Source: Octopus bimaculoides (taxonomy: Eukaryota). From it: 42,603 nucleotides of DNA. Positions within the stretch are counted from its first letter, which is position 1, and every line of letters begins with the position of its first letter. Made by a program: the position numbers and the translations under genes. The notes under the pieces are model-generated. The model was not told where the DNA came from, did no database searches, and saw only the letters and a program-made list of their open reading frames with translations. Below, in pieces: positions 33,355 through 42,603 of the stretch. Where the stretch lies: the NCBI RefSeq assembly GCF_001194135.2, contig NC_068986.1, positions 9,374,206-9,416,808 on the forward strand, read 5' to 3'.

Positions 33355-33474
33355 ATTATGTTGGTTTTATTAAGAAATGCATGAAACAGATGCAGGGACC
33401 CACTTATACTCAGATAAGAAGAGTTGAATTGTCTATGCAGCAACTTGATCAAAGTGAAGCACCATTGAGTCCAG
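33355..33474 (+). CDS. Coding exon C ((D)YVGFIKKCMKQMQGPTYTQIRRVELSMQQLDQSEAPLSP+G)
   Basis: Acceptor cattctctttcag and donor CAG/gtaatc; 120 nt = 2+117+1. Completes the GAT codon with exon B. Confidence 0.9.
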
Positions 33475-35457
33475 GTAATCACAATTATCTAATTAACTCA
33501 TCTGTAATTATTATATCTAATTCTCTGTCAATATTTATTGTATCCAATTTCAGTTTCTCAGAAATATAAGAAAATGGCTTTAACTGTTGTGATTAATTTC
33601 AACAATAAATGATAAAAAAAAAAAGATTTTCTTTTTCTTGTAACAAATGTCTCAAATTGCATATTTTCCCATTTATCTTGCTTTAACTTTTCAATAGTTT
33701 CTGGTGTTGCTTCTAAATTTTCAGAGATTTATTATAATTATTAATGAACCAAGTTATAAATATCTGACAATGATATTTTCACGCCTGAAATGTGTTTAAT
33801 CTTCCTTTGATATTTTAAGAATATTGGACCTCTAATTCTGGGAGATGGTCTTTTTCTCTTCCCCACCTCATGTCTTTCCCTTACTCTTATAATAGTATAA
33901 GTCACCAAATTCCATTTATAGAAGATCTATGAATGACAGCTGAAATATCTGACATAGAGTTACAGTGGTGCACCTGAGCACTGTTGTAGATAGTAAGTGT
34001 ATTATTAGTAGCAGTCAATGTGTAAGCCTTTGGATATTTAAGAACTGACCAGGCCATTCAATGAATGTAATCCGATCTCCATGTCTAGACATTGCTATCC
34101 ACAAGTTCAGAATACTAAGATATGTGTAATGTGAGACCATGCGTACCATAGACGTTGTACTTTATCACTGGAGCAACAGCACCTGTTAAGTGCATCAGCT
34201 GACATGACGTCACATTCCGCTAAACTAGGTTAATCAGTACTTCCTAGAAAGAGCAGCTAAATCTTCTTCAAATGGCAAACGTTTTTCCCATGAAAAGGAA
34301 AGGAAACATTTTCTAATGTAGTCCCAGATATGCAATACCCAACAAAAGATTGGATGATCATAGTTAGAATACCTTTTAAATCATAAATTAGCTCCGTGAA
34401 AGGTGAGCTGTATTTGAGGTACAAAACTTGAGTGCATGGTTACCTCATTGTGAATAAGGTGTAATGTATTGGCAGCTCATTGCTTTAAATATTGTGAAGA
34501 TACTAACATTAACAGGTCTTGAGTCCAAGACTCTTATTACTACTCCTATTTATATAAATACTCTCATTATAGTCTAATAATAATGAGATATTGTAAAAAT
34601 CCTGAGACAACAAATGAAAGGGGAGGGCTGTGTGCCTAGAAAGAAAATTTAGTAAAATAACTTTGTAGTGTTTAAGCTGTTGTTGGGGACATAAATTAAC
34701 ATGCAATTTTTGAGGTAGGTTTTTAGATCACTTTAAAACAAGTTTGTATCATAGAATCAAGGGTGGTGGTCTCAGGTGGGTTGCTATGAAAAGGGTTAAC
34801 TAAATTCAATGACTTGGATTGTTTCCTCTATGTTTTAAACTTCTTAGAGCTGTTAGTTGCCATAGAGATATTCTATTTTTATTCCTTATAATATCTGAGC
34901 CTGGAGTCAAAATTAACAAGAATCTGTGGTAAGTTCAATATAATGAAAAGAAATGTAGTTTGGCTTTAAGCTTTATACAAAACTGACTTTTTGTTTAGTC
35001 CCATTTCAGTTCCATTTGAACTGACATTGGATTAAAAGCCTTCCGCTTATGACCATTCAGTCTTATTACACATACTAAATTTAGGACTACATTAAGCTAT
35101 TTGTTCTGCATGTTTAATTTAAAGGAGATTTGACTGTTATTTTTAAAAAGTCAAACAGTTACTTTGAGACTGCTCTCTTTGGTTCCTAACTTGATTGGTT
35201 TGTAGCAGAAAGATTGACATCTGCTTGCTCATAAATAATTGATCAGAAATTGATCATTTGATCGCAGCAAGAGTTATAAAGCCATTGGAATTATTAATCC
35301 CGTTGGTTTCAGTTGTTATTTCTTCTTTGAATCAATGGCTTAGAGTTACCTTTTAAAGATAATATCAACTTTTATATAAATAGTGCCAAACATTTCATTC
35401 TCTTATGGTAATCTTGAATATTTTTTTCTTGTTTGTGTGTTTTTTTTTTCTCTTTAG

Positions 35458-35474
35458 GTGCAGAATTAAACTAA
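35458..35474 (+). CDS. Candidate short terminal coding exon (G-A-E-L-N-stop)
   Basis: Very strong acceptor (gtttttttttttctctttag). Phase-1 entry gives GGT GCA GAA TTA AAC TAA, with AATAAA at 35487-35492. No transcript evidence. Confidence 0.4.
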
Positions 35475-37404
35475 ATGTTGTCATATAATAAACTCAATAT
35501 ATTTTTTTCAATTAATGGAACTTTAAATGTTTTGTGTAAATAATTGCTATTTATATAATAATTCAGTATATTTGCTGAATTAAAGAAACTTTATAAATGT
35601 TCATGTTAATAATTGTTATAATAAGTCAGTATATATTCTTCCAATGATGAAACCTTATAAATGTTTTTGTTAATAATTGCAGCTGTTTTAATGTTTTCAC
35701 TTTGGTTGCTGTCTATTTTATTTTCATCTTCTGATGAATTGATAGAATAAGTTACAAGTAAAATACTGGACCAACTCAAATGTTTGTACAAAGAAACCTG
35801 AACATTTTCAGAAAATGAATGATATTTAAATTATGATTTTTAAAGTTTTTTTTGTTTGTTTGTTTTTGTTTTAAAAGCCAAAATTTCATTTTCAGTGTTT
35901 CCAAACTTACCTATAATATTACTTTTCTTACTCTAGAAGTCAAAGTGGAAACCACTGTGATGCGTGGTAGGTATTCTCTGTCTATGACAACCTGCATGAC
36001 ATTTTGGTTTTGATTTACTGCCTCTTCTCAATCACATCATTTTTTCAGATATAAAAAAAAATACAATTCATTTCATTTAGTTGTTTTTTTTTTTAAACAG
36101 ATTTGACTATCAACACCATCAACAATTCATTCTTCATTGGAACTAACATCAAACCATTTTAGGTTTTAGTTCCATCAATCAGCTCTTTTACTCTAACCTC
36201 AATCATCACAAACTAACATGGCTGGCTTAGTCATCAATATTCTTGTTATAGTATTTCTTGTAAATCTCTCAGTAACTATTAATCTGTTTGCTGTTTTAAA
36301 TACTTTTAATTTTTTGTCAATTGAGTTATTCTTGGCTCTTTTTATAGCTTTATCATTTCATTTTCTTTTTATTCAGAAGTAAACCTATCTCTAAGCTATT
36401 TATATGGTGAAATATGTCTGTTCATTTCTATTGATATTTTGGCTAAACCAGTTCAGCAAGTATGAGTTTTGTACATTCTTCTGTATTTTATATAAAAATT
36501 TCTAGATATTTTGTTATATAAATGTGTCTTTAAGTATAAATTTATGTATGAGAGAAATGAATATTTTATATTTGTTATTTTCCTTACTGACAACAGTTTC
36601 CTCTTTTCGTGCATTCATGTTAAGGAAATATTCCAATTTACAAGATAGCCATGCATTATAATGTAGTTAATTATGTCTGACGTATAAGTTTTAAGATAAA
36701 TTTTTGCATTCTGTTGTGATAATATTTGGACAATATGATATTTCTGTGAAAATTGGATTCTTGTTCAAATATTTACTAATAACCTTGTCAGTGAGAGTCT
36801 AATCTGCTAACTTCTGAGCTAAAAACCAACATTTTTCTTTTAACGTTGCTTTTTCAAAGTTCAGAATGAGGTCAAAAGAGACATTAGAATTATCAAAACT
36901 TCTAATACTAGGTTTTATTATAATTTTATCTTCTATTTCTCTCATATAATGGTTCTTAGCAAACTATGCTCTTTTAGTCATCACTATTATTCCATGTTGG
37001 GTTTTCCTTATGACTTTCCAGTTTACATTTACAAACTGTTTTGGGATTTCTGTTGTTCACTTGGGATATAATATTTTTTGCCTACAAAGTCTTCGCTTTG
37101 GTGTCTTCATTCAAACTTAAATTGGTCGTCCAATTTCAGTGTTCTCAGTAGAAACCTTTCAACTTACACTGAATGTGAGAACCTGATTTTTTTCACAGAC
37201 TCTTGGTTAGATTAACCTTCAGTCATGTTTGTCTAAATTCACAATCAACCTGATAGCAACAAGATTTTATCTCCAAGGCAATTGTCCTGACTAACTTGAT
37301 CAAATATTAACTTTGTGAGATTAAAATAATTAAACAGACATACTGATTATATAGTGATCTCTACTCTAATGTTCTATAATAACAATAATCTGAACAGTGC
37401 ATAT

Positions 37405-37546
37405 ATCATCATCATCGTTTAACGTCCGCTTTCCATGCTAGCATGGGTTGGACGATTTGACTGAGGACTGGTGGAACCGGATGGCAACACCAGGCTCCAA
37501 TCTAATTTGGCAGAGTTTCTACAGCTGCATGCCCTTCCTAACGCCA
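37405..37546 (-). mobile_element. RTE-type 3' tail, young, 5'-truncated at (TA)n
   Basis: atcatcatcgtttaacgtccgctttccatgctagcatgggttggacg...cccttcctaacgcca. Confidence 0.9.
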
Positions 37547-38100
37547 TATATATATATATATATATATATATGGACAGATGGTCTACAATATGACATATTG
37601 TCATTAGAGTTCTGTAACCTAGTCCAAAGAGGTTCCAATAGCAGCAGCACCAGCATTGTTAGTTTAAGAATACCATTTGCTACAAGATTCTTGAAACTTT
37701 GGTTCAGCAAAAACAATATTTTTTGTTTTTCTATCTTTGTTTTTTTTTTTTTGTTTGTTTGTTTTCTTATTGGTGTTTGAAAGCATAATTAGCTGAGCAG
37801 GAGCAAATGAAACGATATATATATATAGATATATATATATATAATCTCTTTCGATCTTAAATCAGCTGTTTATTTTGGCATCTGTTGTCATGGTCTGAGC
37901 CAGTTGCATTGTCAGATGGGACAGTCCTCTATCTTGTTGCTGCATCGTGCCTCCACACACACGTGGTCATCTACAAAGGACTTAGAAACGATCTATATTG
38001 AACTTTCAAGCATTATGGCAGTTGTTGCTTTTCTTTGTTTCATTAGTTTACCCAAATCATTATTTGGAAGTTTAAGGCTCTGAAAAAAAAATTGCCATTT

Positions 38101-38133
<33 letters not shown>

Positions 38134-39307
38134 TCTAATTGATTAATTTTGATGGCATATTTCAAATAAACTGATTGGATTCTATCGAGAACTAGAATTA
38201 ATATCATGTCATCACATCTCATAAATTCACTGTGCACAAAGCCAGCTTGTAGTGTTTTTCTTTCTGTTCTTACTAGCGCTTGATGACATTATTTTCAAAG
38301 CTAACCAGGAATAAATTCATCGGAATTTAGCACTTTACAACTTAGGGAACAGCATATGGATATTAGGAAGAACAGATATTAAAGACAAAAATTATCTTAA
38401 AAATTTGATTTATGAATTTCATTTCAGCAAGTAGTTTTTTTTTTTTAGTGTGTATCCTCCTCTTTAAGTAATCAAACTTTTTCTCTGTAATGAATGAAGT
38501 AACGAACTAACTTATGTAATGAGATATTCTGATGAAAAATTAGACATTGCTAAATGAAGATTATGGAAATCAATCAATAAATATTGAAATGAATTCAAGA
38601 GAATTTAAGTGTAATTAGCATTAAATGATGTATAAAATAATTAGGTCCAGCACAAACTCGTTTTACTGAATGACAGCACATTGAGGGTGAAGGTTTTGAT
38701 TATTTTGGAATTTGTAGCATTCATGCCCTTTTTCCTCCTCAAAAGCATTCCACTTGAAAGAACTTAACATTTGCTGTAAACAACCAAATTAAAATCTAGA
38801 CACAAGATTATGGTTATCGGGAAGATATTCTTAGCTTTTGCTATTATTTAGCAATCATCGTTAATTCTCATAAATTTATAAAACATATTATAGATCAAAT
38901 GAAGACCCCCCAGTTCAAAAAGTATTTTGATGAAAACCCATGAGGCTTACATTCTTTTGGCCAGTAGGGTCTTCAAATAGATGAATGCTGTGGAATGAAG
39001 TATTTCTTTGTTCTAAGAGATAGAGATACATACTTAGTGATGATGATAAAGTTCCTGTAAATACTGTCATGGAGAAGAATTGAGGTTTTATTGAAATGTG
39101 GCCTTTGGATTTCTAATTAGTTATGCTCCAGTTAGGAAATAATAAAATAATTTTGCTGTTGGCAAACTAACTACACAAAGGAAAATAAGAAAATAAAACA
39201 ACAAAGAAAAAAAAATTCTTTTAATAAGCAGATTCCAGCTTTCAAGAATGAAGCTGACGTTCATGGTTAATACATTGCAAATAATGAGCATTGATAATAG
39301 CAACAAT

Positions 39308-40043
39308 ATCATCATTATCGTTTAGCGTCCGTTTTCCATGCTGGCATGGGTTGGACGGTTTGACTGAGGTCTGGAAAGCCAGTAGGCTGGCTGCACCAGG
39401 CTCCAATCTGGTCTGGCAATGTTTCTACAGCTGGATGCCCTTCCTAATGCCAACCACTCTGANNNNNNNNNNCTGGTCTGGCAATGTTTCTACAGCTGGA
39501 TGCCCTTCCTAATGCCAACCACTCTGAGAGTGTAGTGGGTGCTTTTTATGTGCCACTGGCACAGAAGTCAGTCAGACGGGTCTGGCATCGATCACATTTG
39601 GATAGTGCTTTTTATGTGTCACCGACATGGGGGCCAGTCAGGGGGTATGGCATTGGTCATGTTCAGTTGGTGCTTTTTACGTGTCACTGGCACAGGAGCC
39701 AGTCAGGCAAACCTGGCATCAACCACTTTCAGACGGTGCTTTTTATGTGTCACCAGCACAGGAGCCAGTCGGGCAGCACTGGCATTGACCACATTCGGAT
39801 AGTGTCTTTTATGTGCCATCAGGGTGCACTGGCCACAGCTATGATATTGGTTTTACTTGACTCAACAGGTCTTCTCAAGCTTATCATATCACACAATGCA
39901 TCAGGGATACTCTTAACCTGACTGTGATCTCACTTTAGTTGCTGGGTCTTCTCAATCACAGCATGTCTCCAAAGGTCTCAGTCTCCTGTCATTGCCTCTG
40001 TGAGGCCCAATGTTTGAAGGCCATGTCTCACCACCTCATCCCA
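39308..40043 (-). mobile_element. RTE LINE 3' end: ORF C-terminus, 3'UTR with 66-bp array, tail
   Basis: Minus strand 40043-39945 reads WDEVVRHGLQTLGLTEAMTGD*DLWRHAVIEKTQ. Five ~66-bp units start at 39539, 39605, 39670, 39736 and 39802, followed by the standard tail. Confidence 0.88.
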
Positions 40044-40056
40044 TCTCTCTCTCTCT

Positions 40057-40230
40057 AGGAGGTGTGGCTTATGATCATAAGGTTGTAGGTTCATTTTCTG
40101 TAGCAGGCATTATGTTGTATCCTTGATCAAGGCACTTCATTTCACATTACCCCAGTCTGTTTAGCTGTAAATGAGTACCATCCCTTTCTTCCTCCAGCTG
40201 TCAATCCTTGATGTTGCATTGAGTCAAAGA
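40057..40230 (+). mobile_element. Family B SINE, diverged
   Basis: ccttgatcaaggcacttcatttcacattaccccagtctgtttagctgtaaatgagtacc, similar to 8956-9170. Confidence 0.62.
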
Positions 40231-42571
40231 GTGTGAGTCCCAAAAAGGTGTCTTGATTCCTCAGGCATCTAAAACAATTAGTGAAAACATGGGACCAGCT
40301 TCCAGCTCATACATGTTTGCAAGTGATGGTAACAGCATGGCCACAACCTTTCGGCTGAAATATATAAAAGAATATGCAAACACAAACAGTATCTGCTTTG
40401 TTGTTTTACGTAAAGTATGTACACACGTCCTAAACACACTTGCGTGCTTATGTGTACCCATATATATATATATATATATATATANNNNNNNNNNNNNNNN
40501 NNNNNNNNNNNNNNNNNNNNNNNNNNNNNNNNNNNNNNNNNNNNNNNNNNNNNNNNNNNNNNNNNNNNNNNNNNNNNNNNNNNNNNNNNNNNNNNNNNNN
40601 NNNNNNNNNNNNNNNNNNNNNNNNNNNNNTTCAACCAAATATGGTAAACAAAAACATTCCTTTGTCTTGGAGATCATAACATTAAAGAACTATATTAATG
40701 TTAATTTTTTGTAGTTCCTGTTGAAATTTTATTATAATTATTGTCATGAAATTTAATTAGATTGGCAAGAGAGGGTGGGTGGGGGAGAAGTGTTCCTGTA
40801 GTAATGCACAAAAGTAGTTTAAATAATATCTTTTTTTTTTCTTGTTATTTGCAAATGTAAAATATTGCTAATATTTTTACCTTGAAATAGATTTTTTTGT
40901 GTGTTTCTTTGTTTTTACAATAGCAGCCATTGTTTTTATCGAGTTACTTTTTAAAACTATTTTTCTGAACACTTCTAGCTGCTTATCAATATTTTATGTT
41001 CTCACAATGAAAGTTCTTTCAATTAATTATTGTTATGCTAATATTTATTCTGGAGAGAGAGTGTGTCTGTGTGTGTGTCATAGTTTCTTGTAGCAGTACT
41101 AATTTTAGGCCAGTGTTGTGTGTGTGTGTAACTGAGTACATTGGACAGATGTAGGCAGATGTCTGCCCATCTTCCTCACAGGCAGACAAAGAGAGGGAGT
41201 GGGATCTAGTTTTTTCTGCCTCCAAACAGATTTTACAGGCGTTTGTTTCCCATTTTGTCCACTGTATTTTAATTATACACATGGCACTAGCTACCCATTT
41301 GTGTCCTACAATAAATAGATATTATACTCTCTTTTAGATTTACTTTCAATTAGACACAATGAGTTATTATTTAATAATTAAATTTCCCTTAATTCACATT
41401 AATTAGAAGCAGCCACATTTTATACAAATCTATTATTTAATGCACATTCTCTCTCTACACTTTCAATAACAGAATTGAACAACTGCTTTTTTTTATCATT
41501 TGGCATGTGTTTTTTAAATAATGGAGTTTAATAAAAACATAAAAAATTAGTGACATTACTTTTTTTTTTTAATATTTGCTGGAAATGTTGATAAACCTGT
41601 CAATCAAATGTTGACAATGTTTTTCAATGTTTGTAATTTTAGTTTCTTTCTTGATAATTTAGTGCATTTATATTTCAAAAGATAAATTTAATGTGAAAAC
41701 TTGTTTTTTTTTGTTTTGTTTTTTGTATTAAGTGTAGGAATTGGGTTTCTTTGGCATTCAGTGCCAATGAGAAAGAGTTTGTGCAAGTGTTGTGTGGTCA
41801 GTTGGAATAAATGGATCCTAAGAAACTGCAAAAAGTGTTGGTGTAAACCAACCAGAGCTTGAATGGGAGTTAAGGGAAGGTTTAGTTTTATGTCTTAACA
41901 AATGGGTTTGACTTCATAAATTATAATTGCAAATATCATGAGAATGTAGTGTTATTAAAGATAAGTATTTGTTTGAAATAGTGTTCTTACCAGCTGTTAA
42001 TGAACTTCTGAAAAGGTTTGTTGAGAGGAAGTGTTGAAAATTATGTATGGAATAAAAAAAAACAAAAAAAGACTTATTGGTCTGTTGTTGCTGTTGGGCA
42101 GTATTGGTTTAGTTCTTCTCAAACTGATCCAGAGAATTGTTTTGTAAAATATAGAATGGAAATGTTTCAGAAGTAGTTTATGAAACTGAATCTCTTGATT
42201 GTTGGTGATTGATAATTAAGTTGGAATTATATAAGAAATTGAGTGACATCAATCAGTTATGTGAAGAACTATGTGGTAGTGGTATTGGATTCCATTGGGG
42301 AAGTTACAGAATTACCAAAGACTTCATTTCAGCTGTTTTTTCTTTGTATTTTTTATTTAAATTGCTCTGTTCTTTCTACTTTACTTCAGCCTTAAAGGGC
42401 TTCCAAAATGGCATCAATATTGTCCCTTTTCTTTTGAGTGTCTTATATAATTTGTTTTGTTTATTTATTTTATTTTTGTTAGAAACAAATATTTTAGTCA
42501 TTCTTTTTTTATAACCCTAATCAAAATTTTTGTTCCCCAGCTATTTCATAAAAAGAAAAATTCCATTTTCA

Positions 42572-42602
<31 letters not shown>

Positions 42603-42603
42603 T

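Noticed and set aside
36377-36459. Possible phase-1 exon EVNLSLSYLYGEICLFISIDILAKPVQQ
   Set aside because: Splice sites are plausible, but the composition matches AT-rich intron and no following exon was found.
38900-38975. 9-bp inverted repeat tgaagaccc/gggtcttca
   Set aside because: Too short, with no TSD and no second copy; compatible with chance.
39409-39528. ~55-bp direct duplication either side of a 10-N gap
   Set aside because: Identical sequence flanking a tiny gap is the typical signature of unmerged overlapping contigs.
42578-42603. Terminal poly-T run as the poly(A) tail of a minus-strand retrocopy
   Set aside because: Truncated by the window edge; homopolymer runs are common here and the associated element is not visible.

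Overview
AT-rich, microsatellite- and retroposon-dense animal genomic DNA with eight N-gaps. The repeat families look like those of octopus/coleoid cephalopods (recognition from memory, not a database result). Almost all ORF-track entries are spurious (gaps, microsatellites, repeats). One real plus-strand gene is supported: three exons with canonical AG/GT sites and matching phases (14387-14472, 26315-26426, 33355-33474) splice into one open frame, (D)DDDNLGKPQLQLGFACFLVDQKTGDHLV-ETRKLKFWYVDGTEYLDQVTRAYDFFKELIRPEDFPR-DYVGFIKKCMKQMQGPTYTQIRRVELSMQQLDQSEAPLSP. A candidate start exon (ATGG/gtgaat, 10204-10207) lies in a CpG-rich patch, and a candidate short terminal exon lies at 35458-35492. The rest of the window holds an RTE-type RT fragment, many RTE 3' tails, three tRNA-head SINE families, a solo-LTR-like element, hAT- and piggyBac-type MITEs, a fossil Tigger/pogo transposase and a fossil RLE-type (HERO-like) LINE end. 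The most unusual items are a minimal type I hammerhead ribozyme motif on the minus strand (17606-17653), a 131-bp near-perfect hairpin (15517-15800), an inverted duplication that captured a SINE tail (30003-30504) and two further fold-back/TIR elements. All lie in introns of the gene and are potential dsRNA or editing substrates.
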